Shown: piece after piece, positions 1 to 11,910 of the stretch
Layout: every line of letters starts with the position of its first letter
Numbering within the stretch: position 1 is the stretch's first letter
From: Oopsacas minuta
Taxonomy: Eukaryota > Animalia > Porifera
Assembly (NCBI GenBank): GCA_024704765.1
Contig: JAKMXF010000304.1
Coordinates: 344,322 to 408,321, forward strand
Direction of reading: 5' to 3'
Length of the DNA stretch: 64,000 nt
Notes under the pieces: generated by a model
What the model saw: the letters and a program-made list of their open reading frames with translations, nothing else
What the model was told of the DNA's origin: nothing
Databases searched by the model: none
Translations under genes and position numbers: made by a program

Positions 1-348
1 GACAATCAAGTTAGGCTTGTAATCTGATATTAGGCTTAGAGCTGTATTAACTAGAATATGAATTCGATACATTAGTCTCATTACTTATTGAACAACCCTT
101 GTATATATTCTAAATTGGCTACATTATTGTATTGTATATCATTTCCCATTTGTGTAATGAATTTTTTTGCTTCCATAATTCCGTATTTGTTCATACTGAA
201 TTTAAAAACTAAATAATGTCATCCTATCTAAATTCAGGACCAGGGACTGTGAAGTAACTTGATATATTCATTTGGGCGATTCTATTAGTTTTGCTGATAT
301 CATAAAGGTACACATTGACCCTAATAATTGTTTTGTTCTAATGTAGTA

Positions 349-831
349 CAATGGAAGCCGCTTAATCGAGACTCGGATAATTGGGATGACCGCTTAAACG
401 GGGCAAAGGTTTGGGAAAATATTTTCTACATAGAAAAATCGTCGGATAATTGGGACATCGAATAGGTTAATCAGGATTTTTTATCCCGATTAAATGAATA
501 TGAAAGTATTCTTCGTTTAATTCGGATTTCATCCCAATTAAACAATTGTATATTTATTCAGAATCATTGTAATATGCTCTGTTCGTAATAGCAGGAAATT
601 TGATATTTTACAACCATAACAATACAACGGCGATTCGATTACAATTTACAAACCAAGGTTATTAACTTTGCAGACTCCCTATATAATCAGGATTTAGTAG
701 TAGTGTATTAAAATATTTCAGGTTATGATCTGAGACCATGAAAACTAGTTTTGAATACTTAAATATATCATAATCAGTTAATCGGGACAATCATTAACTC
801 CTGAGCTGCCTCGATTAAGCAACTTCTGCTA
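349..831. mobile_element. Non-autonomous Tc1/mariner (pogo/Tigger-like) MITE
   Basis: TA|CAATGGAAGCCGCTTAATCGAG at the left end and imperfect inverse CTCGATTAAGCAACTTCTGCTA|TA at the right; internal repeated CGGATAATTGGGA/ATCCCGATTAA motifs. Confidence 0.55.
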
Positions 832-1210
832 TACTACACAAAAACCACGTCCCAAAAATTTCCGGGCGAAATGCATATAACAAAAGTACACAAAACAGGC
901 TCGTATAGATTCGACATTACATTTATTGGAACTTTTGTATTTTTACTTGTTAAGCCCAAGTTTTTAAAAGGTAACGCATCCCAGCTTCGATTTTATTCGG
1001 AGAACTTTATAAAATTACTAGTAAAGCTTTTTGATTCATCTCCACATAGATTAGTAAGGTTAATGTGTTCGTGAGTGAAAAATCAACAGGAGATACGGGA
1101 TTTTCTGAAATCATTCGTCATCCAACCAGAGAATCTATTGAATTTGTTTCCAAACATGACACAGATAGGAGCATGATTCAGCGCCATCTGGAACCAATCA
1201 TATTTATTTA

Positions 1211-1926
1211 CAGTAAAACCTCCGAGATCCGGATTTCTGAGATCCGGACACCTCCCTAGACCGGACATGATTTTCTACGAAATAATATTATCAGTGAAAA
1301 TATTCAGCACGAATCGTACAAATAAAATAAAAGAAATAACTATAAAAAGGCAATAATGATGTTTGTTTAGTAGTTTTTACTCGTTTTTCAGCAGCCCTGT
1401 TTCTCCATTCTTTACTAGAAGCAAATGTTCTATCCGGGTATCCCCTTGGGACTCAAGTCATTCTAACACGGTTTCTAGGTATTCACATGCTTCTGCTGTG
1501 GTTACACAAGGTCTAGGATCAGTAGTGTCTTCTTTAAAGTCAGGATTCGTAGCTAAAACTTCTGAGATAATTTCTTCATCGTCTAAAAGTTAGTATCCTG
1601 CATCGTCATCTTCATCAAGCCACTTATGTGGTTGCTGCCAATTTTCATCAATCTCTAAAGAGCCATTTCCAAAAATAAATCTGTAAACTCTCCCTATTCA
1701 TTATTTGATGAGGATGTGCTATCTACTACCTCTAAAGAGCAATTGGAAATTGGAAGTAATTTATTTCAATCTGATTATGGGTGAAAAATAAATGGATAAT
1801 GTCCGGATCTCAGAGAGTAGAAATTTTGTAGGCTTGACCGTTTTGTATTTGATACTAAATGAAAATCCGAGATCCGGATTATTCTGAGATTCGGACGGGA
1901 CTGTCCGGATCTCGGAGGTTCTACTG
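1211..1926 (-). mobile_element. Internally deleted pogo/Tigger element retaining the transposase C-terminus
   Basis: TIRs CAGTARAACCTCCGAGATCCGGA flanked by TA on both sides; minus strand encodes WLDEDDDAGY*LLDDEEIISEV...EACEYLETVLE*LESQ...HLLLVKEWRNRAAEKR..KQTSLLPF, typical of Tigger/Jerky C-termini. Confidence 0.85.
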
Positions 1927-2019
1927 TAGTTCAAAATAATGGCGCCCTGGAGCACAAAACGAAACAGCGCCTGAAATATGGCGAATACAGTATTTAGAAT
2001 AATCAAGGTTACAATCGAA

Positions 2020-2175
2020 TAGTTTCATATTCGGTTCAACCGAATATTATTTGGCAAATAGTTCAATATTCGATTACCAACCGAATATCAGTATTCTGTA
2101 TTCGGTTGACCCAAATCGAAAATTATCAGTAGTATTCGGTTGATTTAGCCGAATATTATCAGTTTTCGGTTAGGC
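2020..2175. repeat. Cluster of short palindromic TATTCGGTT/AACCGAATA motifs (MITE-like fragment)
   Basis: Several copies of TTCGGTT and AACCGAATAT in both orientations within ~150 bp. Confidence 0.5.
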
Positions 2176-2339
2176 TACTATTCATGAATACTAATATTAG
2201 GCTGGAGCGGTTTCAACATTGTGTAATTTTATTCGTCTTAAATTTTACTCATTATTTACTACCAGTAGTATTTTTCCATAAGTGGTAGGCATAACTAGAT
2301 ATATTATGAGTGAGAAAACATAGGATGAACTACACTTAT

Positions 2340-3770
2340 CGAACTTGAACTTCCCTGCAAACGAACACGCACAGATGAGATAAGCCTTTCCGAGCTCTTG
2401 ATTGACAGCATTCAATCAATCCCTGAATCAGAATATGCCAACTATACCTAAGTACGAATTAATATTGTTAGTCATTGAATTATACAATGTTCAGTTATAT
2501 GCATGTAATTCTGTTTGATTGAAATTTACAAATAGGTGAGTTTGAAAACACTGAAATTCTCCCTCAAACAAAACTAATCCTGAAATGGATCTTCAAATAT
2601 TTGATCTGTCCATTACTGACAGATATTTACATTCTCTCTTACATGAAATGGTCCTGTATTGCTCGTTTAATACCTTGTGCATCTATCAATGCAGCTTTTC
2701 TTGTTTGCCATAGTCAGATCTTGTATTTTGATATTGATTCTTGCGATTTCAAACTACAAATTATTTCTACAGATAATTACCGTTTAAATCTGAATTTATT
2801 CAAGAAATTCTCTCCCAATACGAAGTTAAAAACTCGTTCCCTGCTAGTCACCAAAGAAAACTCTTTATTTTGTACAGATTTTGAAATCAGTTCGAAACAA
2901 CTTGGTAAATACTAAAAATTTCATAATACCTTTAACTTCCCCAACTTTCAAAACATTCAGTTGAGTTCTTATGAAGATCCAGTTCGAGCTCTATCAGCAT
3001 CTTTCAGTGAAGTGCGCATTCTCTATAATATAGAGAAACATCTTTAGCTAAAGTAACCCCAAACTTTACTATCAAGGCATGTTTTGCTTATTATTCAGCA
3101 CCAAAATGTTAAACTGGTGCTGAAAGTAATCAATAAATTGACTTTTGCAGCTTTGAAATTACGAAAGGAACTTCGTCAGCCAGAAACCAGGAACAATACA
3201 CATGAGGTAGTTTGTATCCCCTTGAATATATTCGATACCAATACTCCATTTGACGGTCAACGTGTAAATGATGATATCTCTAGGCCTTTATTATTCCAAG
3301 ACGGACGATTTTCCTTCTTACTTTGGTTTTAATTTGGTTCAAGGCTTGGTAAGGATTACCAGACGATAAAGGAAAAATTTAGTAACCAAACTTTTACCAG
3401 CATTGAATATTCTTGCACTGTCTTGCATGAGATTACTAACAATTTAACTCAGTTAAATCGATTAAGTATTTCTTGGGTTCCTTTTTAAAGACTCATCCGT
3501 TAGAACATTATTTTGGCTTAGTATATCATATAATATCGTGTTCAAATTATAAATTACTTATCTTCAGATTCTTGAAACTGACGCCTCCTAAAACTATCCA
3601 ACATTTCAAGTTATTTGTGTCCAAACAATACTCTGGGTTTTTCACTTCAAACATTTATTGATTCATGCTCAACACCGTGTGATACTTATAATGATTGTGA
3701 AATAGATGTGCACCTACGTAGTCATGGATGAAATATAGGATTTAATTTCATTGAATGTAGTTTACTAATT
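2340..3770 (+). mobile_element. Decayed P-superfamily (THAP9-like) transposase relic, copy 1
   Basis: IDSCDFKLQIISTDNYRLNLNLFKKF and KTHPLEHYFGLV match the TDNYPLN and DALEHHFG motifs of the better-preserved copy at 35402-40028; termini not identified. Confidence 0.65.
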
Positions 3771-5019
3771 CTGTCATTAGCTTCTATTACTGGATATTCA
3801 GTATATAAGCATTTGGGAAATATTCAGCCATGTCATAATTGCAATGAATTTTAACTACTGATAAGGACTTTATTTTCATGAAGATTCACAGTCTGAGGTT
3901 GCACTTATATGATTACCGACCGTGGGTCCTAATATTTCATCCTGAGGGTATACTTGACTCTATGATAACTTTATGAAAGACTATGGTTGCGATTGAAAAG
4001 AAAGAATTGATAACGATGTTCATACAAGGATTATCCAGAAATTTTCTTGTTCTAATTATATTGATATTCTTAGCTTACGCTAGTATGATTGGTGACATAA
4101 GTTGCATAATTTGTGGAATCTCACTTAGTACTAACCTAAAGAAAATTATATAAAAATAAGGGGAACATATTATATCTAAGTGTCCAATGAGTCTTTGTAG
4201 CATTCTTATGAGTGAATTTATCTATTTGTTCTTTTCTATACCTTTAGATATAAGAGCTAAGTTGTGTAATTTTTGAATATATTTGGATGGGGACAATTAG
4301 AGGAAGCGAAAGTGCTTTGTTTACATTATTTGTGAAATTATTTGATTTAGGAAACTCATCCTGTGTTTCTCTCTCAGCAAGAGAAGAAACGACATTCCCT
4401 ACCATTTGTATTAGCTATACTATTAAAAAGAGGTAAGTATACCTTTGAGACCTTCTACATGTTCTACTGGCCCGATCCTTTTGAAATTTTACAGAGAAGC
4501 TTGACCATCGTGAACCAAAAATTCCTTAAGATTTTCGCAAACAATATTCGTAAAAGTTTGAAATTTTCCACAGCCAAATTCTCGAACTTTTTTGAGACAT
4601 TGTCTGCCTATATTTCTAAAATTGTGTTTGAAATATGTTGCTGATCCCTTGTTGACAAAATGTCTAGTTGTCATGTCAGTGGGTTTGATGACAATCCTAT
4701 CATGTGACATGAGACGAGCTTTGGAATTCTACGCTTTTCGAAATCCAATGTGAACCTGCTGAAGTAGATCTACTTAGTTACATAAAAACCGTTTATGCAG
4801 ACCTTATCTTTAATTTTCCTTGGCTTGTCTTAGCTTTTCAACAATTAATTGAGTAAAAGGTGTAACCATTTGCATTCAACTGATATTTTTATTTAATGAA
4901 GATATGTGTATATTCCATGACAAACCCACATATTCTTTTTCAAAAAAATGTTAAAACACAAGTACATATGCGATGTTATCAAGTGTGTTGTTTGAAGTAT
5001 CATCTATAGATGAAAGAAA

Positions 5020-5977
5020 GTATCTATTTCAAACAACTAAGCGAAAAATGCTTATTCAACGAAACGTCGATACATACATTCATAAATAAATACATACATA
5101 CATACAAATATACAGATTAATTTGGTAGGCCATGCCCTATTGTATAATATTGTTTAACTAAGTGCAATAGGTGGGGTCACGGGCCCCATTAGAGGTGGGG
5201 CCCTGGGCTCTGCTACCTAATGAGGTGAACTTTGAGACGCCCCTTTTGATCCCTCGCTACCCTTGCTCAAGATCCCATATTCCCTACCACTGTACAGTCA
5301 GGGGACAAAAGTATTCGACCACACAAATATATTGTCACAAATTGTATACTCTTTCGCGCTCCTATATATTGTGTAGTCTATATTCGTAGCTGCAATCTAG
5401 TAATTTACATAGAATAACATATGTTTTTCGAGAATTTCAAAAAATATTTTCGATTTACACTTTTTGAAGGTGTTAATTATTAATAATTATTTGATAATTA
5501 TTGATAATCAAATTATGTGGTAATTCAAAACCTATTAAGAATCTGTAATTTCTGACCTGATATTTGAATTCTACGTAGGCGAATTACCCTAGATTCAAAT
5601 TTCCAATGAGATTGAACAATTTTTACCAAAGTTATAGAAGATTTCAATTTGTGCCACCTTTTGCCCAAGGTGGCACAAGTGGTCGTTACCCAGAGGTTAT
5701 TNGTATCTATTTCAAACAACTAAGCGAAAAATGCTTATTCAACGAAACGTCGATACATACATTCATAAATAAATACATACATACATACAAATATACAGAT
5801 TAATTTGGTAGGCCATGCCCTATTGTATAATATTGTTTAACTAAGTGCAATAGGTGGGGTCACGGGCCCCATTAGAGGTGGGGCCCTGGGCTCTGCTACC
5901 TAATGAGGTGAACTTTGAGACGCCCCTTTTGATCCCTCGCTACCCTTGCTCAAGATCCCATATTCCCTACCACTGTA
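5020..5977. repeat. 275-bp direct duplication (5020-5294 = 5703-5977) across the single N at 5702
   Basis: Identical sequence from GTATCTATTTCAAAC to CCCTACCACTGTA with an offset of 683; the second copy begins immediately after the N. Confidence 0.9.
5295..5701. mobile_element. One end of a Tc1-like element inserted at TA, truncated by the assembly gap
   Basis: TA|CAGTCAGGGGACAAAAGTATTCGACCAC Tc1-type terminus; absent from the duplicate copy, which continues TGTA-TATGTG. Confidence 0.65.
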
Positions 5978-6052
5978 TATGTGCTTGCTACATGTCCTGC
6001 TGCTTAGTAATTGGCGAAAATTCTTTAATTATTTGATTTGTTTTACTGCTAG

Positions 6053-6284
6053 CAATATGGAGACAAGAATGACCCATACTTTTGAAACTGATATCCAAAG
6101 CTCTGATACCCAGTCACTTCTACCAAATATTCAACAATCAGATATGCTTTCTCTACGAACAAGTTATGTGCACGATTCCTCGAGCTCTTCTACTAACTCT
6201 AACTACAAAATCCTAGTCCCTTCTGCTAAATTTATCAGCAGAAGAAGTCTTAAGAAGACGAAACAAGTACCTGAACTACCTGAG
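6053..6284 (+). CDS. Candidate start-codon exon (ATG 6057) of the kinesin gene; S/T-rich low-complexity N-terminus
   Basis: Pyrimidine-rich acceptor ...ttttactgctAG at 6051-6052; ATG with A at -3 and G at +4; open frame METRMTHTFE...KQVPELPE; donor GAG|GTGAGA in phase 0, compatible with the phase-0 exon at 33971; no homology evidence. Confidence 0.45.
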
Positions 6285-8587
6285 GTGAGAAGTTTATATA
6301 GGAAAATCTCGAAAAATATATTTTCGAAATTTTCAAAATTTGTAAATGCTTGAAAAAATATGTTATTTTACATCATTTTCATCATTTTTCATAAACCTTG
6401 CATAATTAGCCAATGTATGTCCTTAACACCTCGTCATATTTGGAAAAAATTGAAAATCTCAGAGTTCTTCAAATTTCACCATGGAAATGCGGTATATTAT
6501 GTAGTAATTATTGAGAAATCACTTTATGCACCAGCTTTTTCGTAATTTATCCGTTGTCTAACAATCCAGCAGCTCTGAGGTACTAAAGTGAGGATTTATT
6601 GTCATTACGTCATTTTAATGTCATATTTGAAGCTTTATTTAGCTCCTTGGTCTATAGAAATAAAGTCGTCTTGTACAAATATATGGAGTTACAAATTTCT
6701 AACACTTCAACCTTTACTGACAGGGTAAAACGGCATTAAATTCAAATAATAGTGATACATACAATTTGCTCGCCGACATGGTACCAATCGGCTCATTTTG
6801 TGGCCATTTATTTGCCAATCGATGTCTATTTATCTCATGGTCCTTTGGTAGACATGTTTCGAATAGAACCTTGAATCACTGTTTCGTATGTATGACTATC
6901 TCGGAACAGGAGTTTGGGATTCTATCATTGTTTCTATTTGCATCAATCTTTGAATTGAGTTTTCTTAAGTTTATATTTCCCTGAATCCTCGAATTTAGTA
7001 CCCTTTGCCTTTCACAACTGTATTATGCAGTGACCTAAAAATTGGACGATCTTTGTACAATATATGTTTGAAATTTTGGTTACCTCACTTTGTCAAATTC
7101 ATAATCACTCCTCAATAATTTAGGCACATTACTTAAGAAATTTCCCCTAATTCATATATATATATACTAATTACAATTTGTAGAACGACAAATTATTCAC
7201 CATATATCCTAAAAAACGGGAATGTGGCAATATTTTTGTCTTGTAAGCACTTCTTTGGCAAAAATACCATTATTTGATGTCTCATATATCGTTAAAAATT
7301 ATATCTTTCATTCCAAAGTGGATACTTATTAGAAATGATCCTTAAATACTTCTATACAAATATGAAAAATTTTACTGCAAAAGTTTGTTCTTTCTTAAGT
7401 TACAGTAGAGACCAGGGATGTCACAGTTTTATGAATATCCTATTATGACTCGATAATCTTTAAAGATATTGATAAATCACTATCGCCATTTAATACTGCG
7501 TATATATTTTGTAGCGATGGAATTATGCGAAAAATAAGAGTTTGCCAGCAAATCCTCTTACTAGCATGGCATCCGAATGTAATTCAGTATGAATATCATT
7601 TGATATTCTCTAAACTGACTTGCGAATATTTGTGTAATCGGAGATGAAGTTGATTATAGGCCACATTTATTTTTCACAAACGCAAATTAATGTAGTTAGT
7701 GTACAGTGCAACCTCTAGAAGCGGGGCAGTTTTGGCTCACCTTCCTTCACTTCCATGGGAACCACCCTCTCTTACTGAAAGCCAGATTTGTTTTCCCGAA
7801 ATCCTGGGCACTTTCAATCATTTCTGAAATATCTTGGACATTCCTGGAACGTGATGTTTTGAATACTGTCTTCTGCAGTGCTGCCAAGTTAATTCAGAAA
7901 ATTTACGGATATTGAGGGAAAAATACTTAGAAACAAAATTTTTTTGCGGGGTATTTTAACATCCCTTAATGACCTCCAACATGTCTTAATTTGCTTTTAC
8001 AATGCCATTAGCTAACAACTTTTTATTAATATTCGTTATTAAATGTGGTTATATGGATGCTTTCTTGTTGCAAACATTAATCTAAATTTGTATCAGCATG
8101 CAACAAACTATCAAAGTAGTATTTTATTTGATCGTACATACTTTTAGAAAATTTCTCTTATATTTCCTAGGTGGGTACAAATGTTGAGTAATTTTGAATA
8201 TTGACCTTCATCGTTAACAAAAGTATTGCATGTACATGGAATTCGCTAGAAATATGTATAGTTATGTCTTCATACGTTGATACGTAGATAGTAGTCAAAT
8301 TTACATAGTCTACGTATATTTACGGAGACTTGGTAGCACTGGTCTTCTGAGAGTGAGAGGTTGTTACCCATTCTGACTCTAATATTATAATCGAAAGCAT
8401 TTGTTCTATCATCTAAATATCTGGGATGGGAGATTTAATCCAGCTACCCCTGAAAATGTGTTGAAACAACCTGCCAGAGAAGCACGGCTCTCTGAAATTA
8501 CAATCTCAAGTAAAGAAAGTACGGACCCTGTGAAATTTACATCTTGGCACAGAATTTTATTTAGATTTCGAAATTGTTTTGAAAATA

Positions 8588-9048
8588 CAGTAAAACCTCC
8601 AAAAGGTGAACACCCTACGGACCAGCAAAATGTTCACTTTTGAGACGTGTTCACTTTTCATGATTTATCATAAATTGTATTTCAGACAACAATGGTAGTA
8701 AAATGTGTGAAAACATTCTACTTGCAAATAAGTTGTCTCTTTTGCCCATTGTATGAGGAAGCCTCTTATATTGTGAAGCCACATCATCAAACATCCCTGC
8801 TTTCACAACTAGTGTGATAACAAAGCTGACTGCCTATTCAGAAATCTGGCAAAAAAAATAGATGTTCACTTTTAAGAGGTCATATCCTATGCAATTTAGA
8901 CATTTTGGGACCAAATTAAGTGTTTAATTTCACTTTTCACAGGTAATCACATTCTAAAGGGTGACTACTATGTAATACAATGGGAAATAATTTGGGACCA
9001 AGTGAAGTGTTCATATTTTGGAGGTGTTCACTTTTGGAGGTTTTACTG
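8588..9048. mobile_element. Tigger-like MITE (461 bp)
   Basis: TIRs CAGTAAAACCTCCAAAAG(G)TGAACAC differing by one indel; TA on the left, TG on the right. Confidence 0.85.
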
Positions 9049-9539
9049 TGATATTTCTATCACAAACTATTTGCAAGTGTGATTTTAATATTTGGTGTTA
9101 TATTTAACTTTTCTGTCAATCTTTAGTTCCGATTTAGCAGCTTTGAATTTAAACCTTTCATTATAATGAGATAGTGTTTTTATTCAATGATTTAATTCTA
9201 TACGGTAATAGGACGTGGTATTAGTCAATATTTGCAACAAGAGATAATTATTAACCAATTACTACAATAATTGATGCACAACATGACTATTTGTGGTCAA
9301 TACCAAATATTTACTATGAATACGCAAAACATAAGCTAACATAAGCTAACATAGAACATTAATACTCTTAGCAATAACGTAAACATATTTCAATTAATTA
9401 TGGATGCGCATGATCCAGCTAGATTTAAGGTTTTGGTCGTTAGTACTGTGTCCAAATTCGTAATATTTAGCTCACTTCGCATCAGTTATTCAAGGAGCCA
9501 GCTGATGAGTTAACAAAAGTAGGTGAACAATACACGAAA

Positions 9540-10831
9540 GTATTTGAACCCTAACTAGTGATACCATCAGTAGTTACTCCACTCAGTTTTCCCCATGCAC
9601 CACCTGATCCTATGTTTTCAAGCCCTTTGATTGTTTCCGCTGCAATATCCGCTCCTGTTGTGGTACTCACCATCGACCGCATTTCTACTAATTCTTTTGT
9701 AATTGCAAAGTCATCTTTTACTCCACGAACAAAGATCAAAAGCTGCGATGTATCGGAGATATCCATGCTCTCATCAAGAGCAAGAGAAAAATACTCGAAC
9801 GTCTTGCAGACTATTTTCAGTTGTTCTCTACTATCACCTGCCATGTCTACAATTTTCCAAGTGACTGTTTGGCGGGACAAACTGACATCTTCGAACTTCT
9901 GCTTTTCCTTCAGGCAAAGTTCCATTGCACATGCTACCATACATTCTTTGACAACTCGCCATCTGTAATGGTTTACAGTATTCGACGATCTTCTATGATA
10001 CAATGTAACTGGAAAGCATAGCTTTTCTTTGTCAATTGTAGCCTTAAAAAGTGAATCCTGTTGAAGTTTCAGTCCCTCATTAGTTTATCGAGTCTTTGTT
10101 TCCTGGCCTCATAATAAAGTTCTTCAAATTCATCTTTATGCCCTGTGTCCTAGTCTCTGAATACATTACTGACTTTGATTAGATTTGCACTCTGATTACA
10201 GATAAGACCGATCGGTTTCCTTTCTCTTCTATGAAAAAGTAATGTAAAGTCCACTCTTGTTTAAAATTTCTGCCTTCATCAGTAACCTTCCTTTTCTTTA
10301 TGGGCCTTGATGCCATTCAATAAGAAATAAGTAAGAAAATACATAAATACTAATAAGTAAGCATTATGTTCACTATTCTGGAACGAAACCCTGTTTTATA
10401 CCCAGAATTACGGACATACCTCATTTACGGAACTTTCCATTTGGTTCAGTAAATTTGGTATGTCCAGAATTACGATCATATTGCTAATAAGGTATCCTTG
10501 CTAATAACATCATATCCTTGTAGGATTTCAAATTTTTAAAGAATGACAGATGGTATAATATTACTAAAATGGCAAATAATATCAATCTAGATCCAATGGC
10601 ATAAATGTAGATTTTGGATCTGGGTTGTTATCATTTGTCACTAGTTTTATTTATCATATACATATTAATCGAGTTTTAATAAGATGTTTCTTCAAAATTT
10701 AATATCAAAATAGGATGTTATTAGCAACATGATCATAATTCTGAGGTTCCATTGTACATAATACTCATTCCACCTTGAGGCTCTGCGGGCCACACTAAGG
10801 TAAATTGTGGGGCGCAAGTTGGCCACCCCTA
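9540..10831 (-). mobile_element. hAT (Charlie/Buster/SPIN, GTF2IRD2-like) 5' portion, decayed
   Basis: KRKVTDEGRNFKQEW...YFF N-terminus; SLSRQTV, FSLALDESMDISDTSQLLIFVRG, GVTTDG motifs; terminus TAGGGGTGGCCAAC...GGCCCGC at 10831. Confidence 0.88.
10380..10754. mobile_element. Tigger-like MITE nested in the hAT 5' region
   Basis: Right end ...CATAATTCTGAGGTTCCATTG|TA; inverse CAGAATTACGATCATATTGCTAATAA subterminal motif on the left; left terminus uncertain. Confidence 0.45.
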
Positions 10832-10969
10832 ATCTACAACGATCAATGTAAACTCAGCTTTGATTATGGGCGAAATTTCTCAAACTTGTACTCAGCTTAG
10901 GGAATGAGAATTTTGTAGATAAGGTTATATATCTTTGAGTTACAAAGTTTCTGAAATTCTTATAACTTT

Positions 10970-11860
10970 CAGCGGACTTTTAATTATAATCAGATAAGCA
11001 ATTTTCTGAAAAAATATGTCACGCTTACCGTTGATCTCAAGGCTAGGTATTTCGACCTGTTCAATGGCAGGGCGGTATCCATGTTTCTGGTGTACTTGTG
11101 ATAGTAATCTAGGTTTGAACAAGACCCAGAATAGATGTAGATCATCTCTTCTACATTCAACGATGTTCGACAACCTTTCTATTGCCTACAGTGGTGATCC
11201 AAGAAAACGCGATAGATTGTATGGGCGTGTAGTATCTCTCTCCTATCGGAATATGGATGTCAAATACAATGGCTAGATTTAATATTCAAGAGTTGTATTT
11301 GATGTTAGGAGTGGGCAAGAGTTGTATGATGCCATACTAATAATAATGTCTGAGGAAGAGATACTCACGCACGAATCTATTAAGAAAAAATAACATTCAA
11401 CGAAGCACATACCATGGAAATGCATTCGTGGGAAATGTAATACGTAAACTGCTCAAGATATGTAATTGACTAGCTATTTCTCCTTCAACTCTATCTTCAT
11501 TTCCTTGAAGAGATTTATTGATGTGGTTGCATCCTGCTTCGGGACAAATATTCACAGTAAATACATTGATCTGAGTCATAAATTTAAAGAGGCTTTTATT
11601 GGAACAGTACTATCATTTTCAACTAAAGTCCATGTTGTTTGCCGCCACATTTTACCTTTAGTTTAAAACTACCTTCCCTTGCAAAGGGTCTGGTTTATGT
11701 CTCAGAACAACCTGTTGAATCCTCTCACTCTCAATTTTTGAAGTTCTGGAATAGATACAAATGCAATGAAGATGTTGAAAGTTTTCCGAAACGTATATAT
11801 ATTGATGTTTGTGAGTTCGATTTCACAAACTACTCCATATCATAGTCGAATTTATTTGTG
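10970..11860 (+). mobile_element. RAG1/Transib/Chapaev-type DDE transposase C-terminal relic
   Basis: Ordered motifs LTVDLK, LGISTCSMAGRYPCFWC, ELYLMLGVG, GNAFVGNVIRKLL, KVHVVCRH, SEQPVESSHSQFLKFW across frameshifts. Confidence 0.65.
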
Positions 11861-11910
11861 ATTTTGTTTACTTGTTATGGTAAATGATTTTGTTTACTTG
11901 TTATGGTAAA
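11859..11910. repeat. Exact 26-bp tandem duplication at a junction between two TE relics
   Basis: TGATTTTGTTTACTTGTTATGGTAAA twice. Confidence 0.9.

Noticed and set aside
2020-2175. Short palindromic repeats as a CRISPR-like array
   Set aside because: Irregular spacing, mixed orientation, eukaryotic context and no cas genes
5171-6036. Two ORFs with identical N-termini (5171-5389, 5854-6036) suggesting a duplicated gene
   Set aside because: They lie in the 275-bp duplicate across the N and overlap a GC-rich hAT-MITE-like end (…GAGACGCCCCT); no protein signal
8401-8643. ORF with NPATPENVLKQP as another possible KIF14 N-terminal exon
   Set aside because: The nearest acceptor gives phase 1, incompatible with the phase-0 neighbours; no convincing donor; the 3' part runs into a MITE
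9502-9520. CTGATGAG-TTAAC-AAAA hammerhead-like core
   Set aside because: The essential GAAA is AAAA, and no stems I/III were found
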